Assembly: GCA_951406725.2 (NCBI GenBank)
Contig: OX597839.1
Coordinates: 31,930,001-31,994,000, forward strand
Source: Octopus vulgaris
Taxonomy: Eukaryota
DNA length: 64,000 nucleotides
Reading direction: 5' to 3'
Numbering within the stretch: the stretch's first letter is position 1; every line of letters starts with the position of its first letter. The notes under the pieces are model-generated. The model made no database searches, was not told the DNA's origin, and saw nothing but the letters and a program-made list of their open reading frames with translations. Positions 12,606 to 26,329 of the stretch are shown piece by piece. The translations under genes were made by a program, and so were the position numbers.

Positions 12606-12860
12606 AATAATAATAATAATAAAACATTGTGTACAGTGCTCAGGTGCACTACAACTCATCTAAAGTGTATGTATAATTAGGTGTAGTTTTGGCGGATTTC
12701 GGAAAGCATGAGGGCCTTAAAGGATGCAGTGTCATGGCAGTCAACAACTGACGCAGGCAGTTTGTTCCATGCTTCAGCAACTCTGAGCGTGAAAAAAGTC
12801 ATGGGAGCTGTGCTGTTTTCTAACTTTGTAGTCATGTCCACGTGTGTTAGACACATGGAG
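12606..12860 (-). mobile_element. CR1-clade LINE 3' end
   Basis: FFTLRVAEAWNKLPASVVDCHDTASFK matches the CR1 C-terminal FFSxRVVxxWNxLPxxVV motif; short UTR and (ATT)n tail. Confidence 0.8.
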
Positions 12861-13233
12861 ATCAATATTGTTAAAATATTTGAATGAGGATTATGGCAGT
12901 CTACTTCTAGAATATTTAAACATGAAGTGAAATTTCTATATATGTAATTTTAATATTTATTAAAATGATTGCAGACACACAACAGAAGGATACAAGTTAG
13001 ATACACAAGTTTAATTGCTTTAAAATAATATCAATGGGAGGTAACTCCTAAAAGCATCATTATTATTTGGGTCAACTAAAGTGAAAGCGGGGAATCTTTT
13101 TTCAAGTTGAGAGCCAAACTGAAGTTAACTGCCATTTGACAAGGCCACATTTCAAAATAAAGAAAAATAGAAATTATTTCGCTAAACTTTGTAATATACA
13201 GTTATTCACAAAAACAGTATTAGTGGAAAGAGG

Positions 13234-13453
13234 ATGGCAGCAAGATAACAGAATCATTAGCATGCCAGGTGAAATGCTAAGCAAAATTTCCTCTGTCTTT
13301 ACGTTCTAAGTTCAAATTCTGCCATGGTTGACTTTGCCTTTCATTTTTTTGTGGGTTGATAATTAAGTACCAGTTGATTACTGAGTTGGTGGGGAGGAGT
13401 TGATGTAATCAGCTTTCCAAAATTACTGGCCCTGTTCCAAAATTTGAAACCAA
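13234..13453 (+). mobile_element. SINE family B with 16-bp TSD
   Basis: TSD tattagtggaaagagg at 13218-13233 and 13454-13469. Confidence 0.85.
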
Positions 13454-16426
13454 TATTAGTGGAAAGAGGGACAGGGTTATCAATGTTCAGTTGAGTGAGA
13501 TCCCTTACTATTTATGTTGGTGGGGAAGGTAGGTGTTCCTAGGTGGTGGTCAGTTTTGTTGGGGGGAAAGAAAGAAACGATTTTTAGGTTGATTTTGGTG
13601 GAAGGATATGGAAGGTAGGCAAACAAACTACAAAATCAATAATGCAGTTTGCCTACCATTCTAATTTCCTACAAATTTTATAGACTTAATAATGAAAGAT
13701 TCTAAATATATATTATAAAATTAAAAACATATATATAACACAATTGATGGTTTGATTTTCATTCTGCAAAAATTCCATATATGGAAGGGAGTAAGAAACC
13801 CTCAAAAAACATGGCAAAGGTGGAAGCATAAAGAAATTGTTTGCTTGTTTTCCTCTCCTCCTCTTATATTATGAAATAAAGCTCAAAGTGAAAATTAATG
13901 TGTTAATAAAGCTGAACAAATAGATAATGTCATAAATGAAGTTAATAAAATTTGGTGAAGAACAGGAAAACCATGTTGCAGCATTTTGGATTTCTGTCTT
14001 TTTTTTTTTTGGTTTTAAAACATTTTAAATATAGTAGAAAGACCGGAATATTAGCATTTACATTGATATGGGAAATGCTACATAAAACAGTGAATTATAA
14101 GCATGCTACTTTATAATAGCTGATGACTCCCATTTTAAAGTGTAAAACTGTCATTTGTTTCCCCCCCCACCCTCTCTCACTTCATGACTTCTTTAGCTTA
14201 AATTCCAATATTTAATATTAAAATTCTAAATATTCATAAATGTAATTTGCAGTTAGGTTTCTGCACTTTATTTTATTTACAGCCAATCCTTTTAAGTCAA
14301 TCTTCACTATCACATAACAGATTGTTTTCCCTTACCGTATCTCAGTTTTAGCTAAAATCCTATGAAAATTTCCATTTCATTTCGTAGCTCTATGCTATGG
14401 ATTTTGAAATAATAATTCAAAAGGCACTGAGTAACAGCAGCTGGGTTCTTAAATATGTTCTAGAGGGATTAAAATATTACGTCCAAACCCCAAAACAAAT
14501 CATACATCATTCCACTGCCATGGTCGGTAGCCAGGCAGTTGGATTTGCAAAAAGTAAAAATACCCACACAGTTTGTGCGAGGAGATGTTGTGGAATCGTA
14601 TTATTCACACTAATATTGAGGTGGGAAGGATATTTTTAATCTGTCCAACACAGTTTATGATGTTTTGTTCAATAAACAATCCTGGATCAGCTTTAAAGCT
14701 GATTGGCAAACATGCAAATCATGGCAGACTTAATTATCCTTTAAGCTTACAACACTTGTATATTGGAATCTTTCCTGATTTTTGGCAGGAAGTATACGAA
14801 AAATACTAACAATAAAAACCCTGGAAGCTTTAGAGATGATAAATACATTTGTGATTTGCATATATTCACTAGACTAAGTTTAAGTTTGAATTTGCTCATC
14901 CTTTTTTCTATTTTTTTAATTCTGTTTTTGATATTTTGCTGAAGCATTTTTCTCTTTTCCTTTGTATGGATTTTACAAACGATTCCTATAGTGATTCATG
15001 CAAAGATATTGAATTTGAAAGCCTTTCAAGTTGGTAGTATTGTTGGCTATATAAACATTGATCCAAACTTTTGAATTAATTATATAACGTTGATGTTGGT
15101 TTTCATGAGCAAACTGATTCTAGACGCAATGGTTCAAACAAAAGTTTCGATTTTAAGCCTTAGACATCCAATCTATTCTCTGATGTTATGAGCCTATTCA
15201 CTAAAATCATAGTGCGATGTTACAAAACTACCATAACTAAAACACACAACAAATGATTCTAAACTAGACTCATCCATCTCATCAGTTTTAATGACAACCA
15301 TGTTTACTCATGCCATAAAAAAATACACTTTAATGTTGAATAAGGGAAATTTTTTGGTATTATTTTTCCAGTTGGTTTTCATTGTTATTTCTGGATCTCG
15401 TTTTTCTTGCTGTTTTTTTTCAAAATATAACTTATAAAACCACTTTTTACATCCAATATTTTTATAGTGAATAAATTTTCTTAAAACCATATCTTAAAAT
15501 GGATTTCTATTGTTCAGCCTGATATCTTTTTTTCAGCATATGTTGTCTTCCATGGAATATACAGTTTACATGGTAATTCTTCCAAAATCATTTTCCATTT
15601 ATTTCTATATCCAGACTATTATATATTTGTTGATTTATTATATCAATGGGAAGGTGCAGCTCGTCATGCACAGCTTTTGAAAGATATAAACATGTATAAA
15701 ATGAACATTAAGCTTTCACTGGGGACCAACCTTCCTTCGACCTTCTGCAGCATATTTATATCTTAAGTTTTCTGTGTCAGCAAAATTCTAAGGCCTATCA
15801 AATATATTTGTATTTAGTATTGATTCACTGAATCATGCTTGAGTAGGAAACCATATGCTAATATCTACTTACACACTCCATCACTTCATCTATTATCTAA
15901 CTCTTTTCCTAATCTGTTATGCTGCCAGGAAGGTAACACAGTAAACGTTCAGTGCCTTCTCAACAGTAAAGCCGATACTTTAGATGAGAATCAGAGTCAT
16001 CTAAGCATTCGGCCACATGAATTCGGTGGGAATTTCTTTTTTCTTTTTGAGGAAGAGGGGAGTCTATAAAGTTCTATAATTTTTCACTCCCTTAAATGAA
16101 AAAAAAAAAATAGCAAAATGGAACAGTGCCCAGTCAAAACATTGCTCCCAAAAGAGAAAAAGAAGTTAAGGGGAAATTCAAATGGATCATGATCATGGGA
16201 TGTAGGATAAAAGGACAAATTGTTGTCATAAATCTACCTTAGAGTACAATATATGAGAGTATCTAACTTTGCAAAAGCATGCGCAAATACTTGAAAAAGT
16301 GAGTGATATCCCACCCAAAAATAGGTGGACACAAAATATTTCCGATGCCACCTGAATTTAAACTTAAATTTAGATTTTCTTGACCTTGACAGATGAAGAA
16401 ACATGAATTCTAATATTATTTTTATT

Positions 16427-16843
16427 TCTTACTCTTACTCTTTTACTTGTTTTAGTCATTTGACTGCGGCCATGCTGGAGCACCGCCTTTAATCGAGCAA
16501 CTTGACCCCGGGACTTATTCTTTTGTAAGCCCAGTACTTATTCTATCGGTCTCTTTTTGCCGAACCGCTAAGTGATGGAGACATAAACACACCAGCATCG
16601 GTTGTCAAGTGATTTGGGGGGGGGGGCAAACACAGACACACAAACACACACACATACATATACATATATATACATATATACGACAGGCTTCTTTCAGTTT
16701 CCGTCTACCAAATCCACTCACAAGGCATTGGTCGGCCCAGGGCTATAGCAGAAGACACTTGCCCAAGATGTCGCGCAGTGGGACTGAACCCGGAACCATG
16801 TGGTTGGTTAGCAAGCTACTTACCACACAGCCACTCCTGCACC
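16427..16843 (-). mobile_element. SINE family A, full length, young
   Basis: CpG-rich; near-identical to 39290-39681 and 61206-61615; (TAAGAG)-like tail. Confidence 0.9.
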
Positions 16844-17044
16844 TTCTTGTTAGCTTTTCCCTTTCTTCCTTACTTTCTCTTTCTTTGCCTAACTTAAAAT
16901 GAAGACAATAACATAAATATACGATGATATAATGAATTGTCTCTCTCTTGGTGTTTTGTTTTTTTTTTAATCCCAAAAGAATGAAAGGCAAAGTTGACTT
17001 CAGTGGGATTTGAACTCAGAGTAAAGAGAGTTGAAACAAATATT

Positions 17045-17250
17045 CTTTTCTACTCTAGAAATTTTGAGGGGAGGAGTGCCAGTCGATTAGATTGACCCCA
17101 GTATGCAACTGGTACTTAATTTATTGACCCCCCAAACGGATGAAAGGCAAAGTCAACCTCGGCGGAATTTGAACTCAGAACATAAAGACAGATAAAATAT
17201 CACTAAGCATTTCGCCCAGCATGCTAACAACTCTGCCAGCTCGCCGCCTC
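17045..17250 (-). mobile_element. SINE family B nested in an older family B copy
   Basis: TSD gagttg(a/g)aacaaatatt at 17028-17044 and 17251-17267; outer copy visible from about 16968. Confidence 0.8.
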
Positions 17251-18090
17251 GAGTTGGAACAAATATTGCATCCCTTTAATGACTCTTTGAATTCACCATC
17301 TCTTTCTTTCACCTTATAAATAACTTAACACATTCACAGCCACATGTAGCACCATTGGTTCATTGCAAACCCCACACAAACCCCACATGAACAACCAGTG
17401 CTACATTATCATAATTTGAGAAAAATATTTTATTCTATATCTTTGACATGGTTTCAAGGAGTGCTAAATATTAAAGTTTAATTATGAAATATTGTGAAAA
17501 TGCAAAACAAATCACATTTCCTTGTACACAGTGTGACTGTAAATACGTGGTGTCACACAGAAGTTGCTGTACCAGGCCGTGGCAGTTAGCATGTTAAATA
17601 GATTTCAAATGGTGAAGGTTTTCAATAATAAATGCTACTGTCTCTTCTAATTCTAAAACAAACAAGAAAATTGAACTACATTCTCAATGTTTACCTTCTT
17701 CAAGATTTTTCCATTTTTCTTCTTGTTTTGTAAATTTACAGAAAATTTCTCTTTTGTCTGTTCTAAATTGAAATGTTACATTAACGAGTTACCTTTTAAA
17801 TTTCTCATATTGATTATTTAATTCTGTCATATTTTGACTGCGAATAACTTATCTTTGATCTTTAACATCTCACCACCATTCTAACTTTTGAAAACAAAAC
17901 AAGACAAAAATATATTCAAAATATTCCAAAAATAATTACAGACAAATCATGATATCAAATAATCTTGCTGGAGCAAATTAATATCCTATATACAGACAGG
18001 ACCTAACAGGTGTTTTCTCTTCAAAACATGCCATGATTTTCACAGGTGGAAATAACAACCAACAAAACAAACCAATTAAATAGTAACAAC

Positions 18091-18153
<63 letters not shown>

Positions 18154-18180
18154 TAATAATAATAATAATAATAATAATGA
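18091..18180. repeat. (AGT)n then (AAT)n microsatellite
   Basis: Direct reading. Confidence 0.95.
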
Positions 18181-18959
18181 TAGAGAATTCCTATGGCTTC
18201 GTTATAGCTTTATTAATATCAATCTGGACAGGGTGATACGACTAAATATCAGAAAATTAAATGCTTTCAGGAAAAATTGATACAGTCAATAATTATTGGT
18301 AGTAGCTTTGTTTGTAAAATTTTAATATTCATTGATTGGTGGGGGGGAGTGGGGTGGGGCGGGGGTGGGGGGAAAAGACAGAAATAAAGCCGTGATCAAT
18401 TAACACCACATGACTTTTTTCCTAAAGTAGTACATTAAATGTTGATTACTTTATACTCAAATACAGAGACGACTTCTCTATTCTCTGGTTGGTTTCTAAA
18501 GCAAGACAGATTACATAAACGACTATTCTATTGGTGAACACCAGGAAGCATTCTTGTACATTTAACAAATGCTTTTAGATTTGTTTATTGTATGTGCACC
18601 AAGGCACATGGTTGATTAAGTACAATTATTTCCTAAACGTTAAAAAAAAATTTTTTTCTGTGGTTTTATTTTGTTTCTGGTTTTTTTTAAAATTCATTGT
18701 TTGTCTCTTCAGTAACAATAAGAAGAGCTGCACGATGATAACAGTAGCCTACTACCATGTCCCGGCAAACAGAACAATCAATAATATCAAATAGATATAA
18801 AAAGAAAATCAATGCCAAGATTGAGAAATATGAAAGAAGAGTTTCCAATTATATTTCAATATATTGGTGACAACTTTAACAAATCTTTGAGGGGAAATGG
18901 AAAGAAATATATTAAATATTTTAAACAATAAATTATTGAAATTCTGGTCTATGAGCCAA

Positions 18960-19160
18960 CAAGGAGAGGCCGTTATGTGGTTGCTTGACTTGCTAGAAAC
19001 AGCAGCCATATATCCTTCAAGTCACACTGTCTAAAACAAGGAAGGATACATACTAAAAAATGTAATATTAGATGTATAAAAAATTAGGATTATCATAACT
19101 GGAATACTTTTGGTAAAAGGTTTATTTGATTATAATTTAGTTAGGGCTAAATAACAACAA
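18960..19160 (+). mobile_element. Family F repeat, followed by a family A head (19165-19283)
   Basis: gacttgctagaaacagcagcc...agggctaaataacaacaa. Confidence 0.55.
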
Positions 19161-19659
19161 TAATTTGCTCTCCAACCACATGGTTCCCAGTTGAGGTCCA
19201 CAGCATGGTACCTTGAGCATTACAACCTCAGACTGATCAATGCCTTGTGAATAGATTTGGTAGATGGAAACTGAAAGAAGCCCACTCTATATCACTCTCA
19301 ACACCCTCTCATATCTACCATCACATCTCACTTACCATAGCTCCCTGAGCCACTCCTATATCTCTCATCACTCACCACATGCACCTCTACCCCCACCTTT
19401 CCCCTCCATCCACCTCATCTCCTGTGATCCAGCATCCCACCACCACTTCTCTCTTCTTTCCAGCTTTCTCAACTACTCAGCTTCATAGCAAGTCCCTTCT
19501 TCTTCCATTATACTCATGCCTCTCAACATCTGGCTAAGACCCATCACCTCTCTGCCTCTCAAATACTAATGCCCTCCCTTAGAGGTAAAAAGGCTTTTTC
19601 TTCCTTTTCCTTCCCCACTTTTTTTTCCTCCTTCTTCCTGTTTCTTACTCTGCAAGTTA

Positions 19660-19850
19660 TTTGGCAAACTTGCTGGTGCCAGTGGCACAAAATAAAGCAC
19701 CCAGTACACTGTAAACTAGTTGACATTAGGAATGGTATCCAGCCATTGAAGCAGACACTGGGGCTTGGCATGACCTTACAGCTCATCAGATTCTGTCAAA
19801 CTGACCAGTCCATTGCCAGCATTGAAAAAAGACATTAAATGTGATGATGT
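19660..19850 (+). mobile_element. Family C, older copy
   Basis: gtggcacaaaataaagcaccc...aggaatggtatccagcc...gacattaaatgtgatgatg. Confidence 0.6.
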
Positions 19851-20019
19851 ACGTTAAGTTAAGCTAAGTTAGTTAAGTTAATTTTTTGGCTCAAAAAGCA
19901 AAAAGCAAGGCCATGTAGGGGGACATGGAGTTATGTACAGGGAGGGTGTTCCTGCAAAGAATTCAGGCCATTTCTGGTGCATGTATGTATATATGTGTGT
20001 GTGCGTGCGTGTGTGTGTT

Positions 20020-20255
20020 ACTGTCTCCTTGCCTACATGTGATAGTTGTAAGCGAGTGTCACTGTCATACAAACAGTGTCCTTTGTTCTCAATCTTCCAT
20101 GAAAATAAGTCTGTTCGTGGGAAAATATTAATTTAGTTGGAAAAAGGTGAGGGTTGGTGACAGGAAGAGCATCCAGCCAAAGAAAATCTGCCTCAACAAA
20201 TTCCATCCAGCAAATGCAAGCACAGAAAAGTGAACATTAAAATGATGATGATGAA
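20020..20255 (+). mobile_element. Family E (alternative RTE-type (GAT)n tail module)
   Basis: ggtgagggttggtgacaggaagagcatccagcc...aacattaaaatgatgatgatg; also at 25585-25812 (-), 36005-36155 (+) and 50035-50285 (-). Confidence 0.7.
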
Positions 20256-22926
20256 GAAGAGAAGTGTTGTGCGTGAAGCCTCAACTCAAATACGTGACTA
20301 GAAACTTGGGTCTAAAATAACTGAAATGACAGGGGTTGAACTCTGAACACTCAGGTAACACACAGCACACTGTAATGACAAACACATAACACTGCCAAGG
20401 TTACTTTTTAGTTCTTTTACTTGTATCAGTCATTAGATTGTAGCCTTAACCACTTCAGCCCATGTCTTCATGGGTGCCCCTCTTATACAAGTTTCCGCCA
20501 CATTTAGCAATTGGCACTTCTTTATACAAGCACTTTCAGAACTCAGTTTTGCTGATGAGGTGTGTGTGTGGTGTGTGTGATTCATTTGTTCAAACCAATG
20601 CTGCTCAGTTTCTGCTTACCGATTTCACTGACAAGGGGTTAGCAAGCTCAAGGTTATGTTGTTAGAAAACAGCTTCTCAAGATGCCATGCAGAGGGATTG
20701 AAACCAAGACAATGTGGTTGTGAAGTAAACTTCTTGACCACACAGCTATGCCTTTCACTATCAGAATAAAGAAATTAAAATGGGTGAAATTCAGGCCATT
20801 TTTTTTTCGATAGTGTTACCTACATAATAATAATGCAGTGATATTGTTCTAAACTCGTTAAAAACATTTTTTTTTAAAAATAAAATAAAATAAAAAATAA
20901 TAACAATAATAATAATGATAACAGTAATAATAAATAAAAAAAAGATCAATTCTAAAACCTGAGAGTGATTTCCATAAACTACAATAGAAGATAAATAACA
21001 GAATTTCTTTTTTTGTGCAGATGGAAATAGATTTCTTTCTTTTCCAGTTCAAAATCTACCTGGGATAATCAAATATTGGCTTCGATTGATTATAATTATT
21101 AACTCATTTCGACTTTCCTCGAAATCATCATCATCATCATCATTCTCATCATCAATTCATAGTCACTAAATTATCATCATTAATTCAATGTACTAATTAC
21201 TAATTCATTATTATTAAGTTATCAAAGTCATTATGATTAATTCATCCCTATCAACAAATAACCAGAATATAAAAGCTCATACAATCGGACATAACATTCC
21301 ATCAAAACTAGAATTGTATGAATTCTGCATAATTTTCCCCAGTGCATAAAAGTGAACTTTGACAACTGCACACATTTCTGTTGTATTTGTAATACTGTGG
21401 CCAGACATGTTTACTATCATCTCATCTATACTCATGATTTATTGATGCTCTAACCTCCTCTCCATTGATTCCTTTCACTGGCTTGCATTTTACAAATTGC
21501 ACTTGAAGTATAGCCGAAGCACTGTTGTTATAAAAGAATGTCGAGGCAATGTGGACATTTAGTGGAAATAGCTGAGAGGAATTAAGCAAACAAATAACAA
21601 TATTCAGTGAATATTTTAATAACTGGAACAAGGACTGGTCGAAGGATTCCGAAAAGTCATCAAGTATTCAGTGAAGAAAACAAAGAAACTGTATAAAAAA
21701 CCCTGAAATTAGAATATGAGGGAAATACCAGAAGATTGGCATAGTAGGCAAAAACTAAATGACACAGTAAATTCCAGGGTAATTATGGTAAACCCAGAAA
21801 GGCTAATTAAAGTGAAACCCTTAGAAGGAGAAAGAATTGTTAGCATAATCATCAATTTTGATGAAGACAGGGGTGTCTTTTGATGAAGACAATCTCTGAG
21901 TGATTGTTTTTTTTTTTTTTTGTTATATTATTTCAAGTTATATAAGCATGCTTACACAGCTATGCCCCCACCTGACTTTGTTTCTTCATGACTTTCAGAA
22001 AAACAGATGTTTTTTACTGAAATTTTCTACAAAAACTTTTCAGACAGAGATTATGATTATAATGGAACTTGTGGTGAAATTGTTTTGGTGGTGGGGTGAA
22101 GAGTTTTATTTCCACATAACTTTCAGGAAATTGGGTATTTTTCTTTAGTGAAATTTCCTACAAATACCTTTCAAATGGTGTAGATCACAAATATAACAGA
22201 ATTTAATATTGAAAAAAAAAAAAAAAAATGGTGGACACACACCCACATACATACTGATATATGCACCACATCATTTAATGTTGATCATCATCAATTTACA
22301 TTCACTTTCGATGCTGGCATGGGTTGGATAGGTTATTATAGGTCTAAGTCATTTCTTATTAACAGCTACTGCTCCTCAACACTGGTACTCCTAAATGTCA
22401 TGTGACTTGTCAAGTACATTCTGGAGTGTACTGAGTGGTATTTTCCGCTGGCACCAACATTAGGAGATTCAAACATAAAGCATGTAAATCAAGAAGTGGG
22501 GAGGGGGAGAATAGGAGTGGAGACAGCAAAAGCAGAAAGACCAGAAATTGGTAGGTGAGATGGGGAGGCTGTCTGGCTCCACCCAGAAAGACTAAACATT
22601 GGAGAGATGGTGAATTAAGCTGAAACACATTTGAAGGAAGTTACATCCAGCTTTACTAAACAGAAAACCAGGCCAAATTGATCTTTGTCAGAGAACTGCC
22701 AAAAGAAAAAAAAAAAGTGAAATACACATGAAATCATTTCTGCAGCTGTTGTTTATCCTTGACTAAACAGAATTATGATAAACAAAGCATCCAGCCATGA
22801 CCATTCCATTTTTTGTTTTGTTTTATTTTTCTGTTTGTTTTTTTTTTTGGAGGTACAGTTTATAAATTCCTCATTATTGAATGGGTATTTCTTTTAATAA
22901 GATGGTTGTGTGTGATTTCAGGAAAA

Positions 22927-23115
22927 TCATCATCATCATCATCACTTAACGTCTGCTTTCCATGCTGGCATGGGTAGGATGATTTGACAGAGAACCAGCT
23001 TCAATGTCATCCTTGGCAAGGTTTCTACAGCCAGATGCCCTTCCCAACACCGACCCCTACTAGGTGCTTTTTCCATGCCACCAACTCTAGTGTGGTTGCC
23101 ATGTAACTTGCAAGA
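22927..23115 (-). mobile_element. Family C, older copy
   Basis: catcatcat...aacgtctgctttccatgctggcatggg...cagatgcccttcc. Confidence 0.7.
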
Positions 23116-23664
23116 CAGAAAAGTACAGAGAAGAAGGAAAAGGGAAAATCTCTGATTACTAAGAGAAAGTATTTGGGAGGGAAGTTGGAGTTGGGTGGGT
23201 GGCTGTATGCAAGGTATTGAAAGACTGAAGTATGACAGAGGGACAAACACAGGTGTCTTGCTTTGGAGGAGAAACATGGCTGAAGGAGATAAGAGGAAGG
23301 TAGTGATGGGGTGCTAGAGCAAACTCTCAAGAAACAAGAACATGAGCACAAATGTGACCACTACTTATGAATTGAGCAATGACATTACCTCAGTAAATAA
23401 TATTTTGCTGTGAATGTGAGTTGTGATTCAAGTTAAGACAATGGTCTCAGGAAATCTGCAGCAAAGTAATTTAGTGATGCCATTTAAGTATTATATTTTT
23501 AATTACTACTAAAATGAATTTAATGATATCAAGTTCATTTCCTTTATATTTATAAATTATCTTTTACAAATACCATTTGAGGTGTGGGTGGGGAGTCAGG
23601 TTAATTTCCATCCCTTTTACATACATGCTCTATAAACATCTCCATACTCTTCCATATTTTGCTT

Positions 23665-23888
23665 TAATTCTTTTGTCACCATATTTCTGCTGAAATACAC
23701 ATCCTTTATTTCAATTAATTTTGAAAATAAAGAATTTAGAAATATAACTTTGTCATTAATTAAATTGGTGTTTGAAGCATAAATTAACATGAAATTTTGA
23801 TGGAAGATTTTAATTAAGATCACTTTAAAAACAGGAAGTTTGTATCATAGACCCAGAGATGATCTCAAATGGGTTCAACATGAATTTA
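23665..23888. mobile_element. piggyBac-type MITE, degenerate
   Basis: Reverse-oriented homologue of 10680-10912. Confidence 0.55.
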
Positions 23889-24269
23889 ATGAAATCTCAG
23901 AAAGTATTTACAACTAAATGGATGCCAAAGCAATAATGGAAAGCAAGTCTGCCTTAATACAAGAGTTCCAAACCACTGTGTCGCAGCACACAGATGAGCA
24001 GCAAGAAATCCAAAGTGTACCACAATATCTTGGACATTTCAGGCCTTATCTTGGACATTTAGAAAACTAATAGTTATTATTAGTGAGTTAACTATATACA
24101 ATTTATCATTTCAAGCTTGCAGACTATTAATGCAGAGAAAAGATCTAGCAACTTACAATGCAATTTCAATGTACAAACATATACATTATCATCATCATCA
24201 TCATGTTATATCTGCTTTCCATACTGGTATGGGTTGGATATGGAAATTATTTCAGTTCTCTACAAATGC

Positions 24270-24625
24270 AGGTGCAGGTATGGCTTAATGCTTAAGAAAC
24301 CCACTTTGCAATGACATGGTTTCAGGTTCAGTCCCACAGCATGGCATCTTGGGCAAGTGTTTTCTACTTTAGTCTAGAGCCAACCAACATTTTGCAAGCA
24401 AATTTAGTAGATGGAGACTCTGTGGAAAGCTGTCATGTGGGTGGGTCTTTGTTTCTGCTCACTATTTGACACCCAATGCTGGTTTGTTTATGCCCCTGTA
24501 ACTTAGCAGCAAGGCAAAAGGGATTTTAAAAATAAGTACTGGGGTTAATTTGTTCAACTAAAACCCTTTAAGGCAGTGCCCCAGCATGGCCACAGTCCAA
24601 TGACTGAAACAAGTAAAAGATAGAA
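24270..24625 (+). mobile_element. SINE family A
   Basis: Head through ...cagcatggccacagtccaatgactgaaacaagtaaaaga. Confidence 0.85.
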
Positions 24626-24908
24626 ACATAAGCAAGATACATGCACAGCTAGCAGATATTATGACAGTCTGTCAAAGTAATACATAATTGACTTGGACAA
24701 CTATCTACTTCCCTCTCTTCCTGGTATCAATATTAATAATAATAAATTTATATACACACATACAAGCACTCATTCACATCCAGATAATAATGATTGCAAC
24801 CATAGTTCTTGTTTACAAACATGAGTAACGCTTCAATGTGCATATTGAACACAGTCATATGCATATATCAACATAGTTTGAATATCATGATAGAATAATA
24901 ATAATAAC

Positions 24909-24952
<44 letters not shown>

Positions 24953-24959
24953 GTAATAA

Positions 24960-25174
24960 TCCATTCTACGATAGGTACAAGGCCTGAAATTTTGGGTAGG
25001 AGAGAGCAAGCAGATTTCACTGATCCCAATACAAGCTTTTATTTATTTTATCAATCTCAACAGGATGAAAGGCACAGTCAGTGTCGGCAGAATTTCAACT
25101 CGGAGTTCAGAATGTAAAGACAGGCAAAAATGCCAGAAAGCATTTTGTTCAGATGCTAATGATTCTGCCAGCTG
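24960..25174 (-). mobile_element. SINE family B adjoining (AAT)n at 24894-24960
   Basis: Family B body, ...gatgctaatgattctgccagct. Confidence 0.75.
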
Positions 25175-26329
25175 AGGGTATTATCATAATATTGAAAGTC
25201 AGTTGATATATGCATGTGACCATGTTCAATATATACATCTTAGTGTTACAACAACTACAACAACAACAACAGACAGTGGATGTCCTACATTATGGTTTTG
25301 ATTTTCAGATTAGATTTGTATAAACTGAGTTGTTCTAATTAGGTGTATTGGGTTTTTATTCTCCTAAATTAATCTATTTTTTAATTACAAACAAAACCAC
25401 CCATGAAATTATATTTTCTCTATTACCAAAATGACAATTGCTTTTCCGAACACTAAAATTATTCTAAATCAATTTTTAGATAATTATAGACAAGTTTGTC
25501 ATCATAATACATAAAACTAAAACTGAAGACCATAACACCACCAATGAACATACACTGATTCCACCATAAATACCATCTCTTCCTCATCATCATCATTTAA
25601 TGTCTATTTTTCCTAGCTTGCAAGGGTCACATAAAATTTAAGGCAATTTTCTACAGCTGGATGCCCTTCCTGTCATCAATCCTTATGTTTTTCCAAGGAA
25701 GGCAATATTTCCCCACAGCCAGGGATGTTTTATCATGGAAGACCGGAAACAGACAACATCACTTGTATGACACTGATTCTTGTTTATAGCAGACATGATA
25801 TCAAGACAAGGGTATATACTTATTTATACATGTGTACACTTATATATGTGTATGTGTGCAGATGGAAATTGAAAGAAGCCCTTGTAAATATATGCACATA
25901 TACATATATATGTGTGTATGTATTTTTGCGTCTGTGTTTGTTTCTCACCATTGCTTGACAACCTGTGTTGGTGTGTTTATGTCCATGTAACTTAGTGATT
26001 CAGCAAGAGAGATCAATACAATAAGTACTAGGCTTTAAAAAAAATAAGTACTGGGGTTGATTTGTTCAACTAAGATTCTCGAAGACAGTGCCTCAGCATG
26101 GCCACAGTCTAATGACTGGAACAAATACAAAGAAAAAACAGAAAAACGACATTTGATAGGCTTCTTTCAGTTTCCATCTTACAAAATCATTGACAATTGT
26201 TTGGTTGGCTCAGGGCTATAGTAGAAGACACTTACCCAAGGTGTTGTGTAGTGGGACTGAACCCAAGACCACATGGTTAGGAGACAAGCTTCTTAACCAC
26301 ACAACCACCTCTGCACCTCGTCTAAAACA

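Noticed and set aside
16609-16991. Recurrent peptides like GYSRRHLPKM.RSGTEP and HMVPGSVPL in many ORFs, suggesting a gene family
   Set aside because: All are reading frames through SINE family A copies
18338-18372. G-rich tract with G-quadruplex potential (also 3928-3952)
   Set aside because: Simple low-complexity G runs with no contextual support for function
21495-21515. aattgcacttg resembling a miR-92 family 5' end
   Set aside because: Only the seed region matches; no precursor hairpin seen
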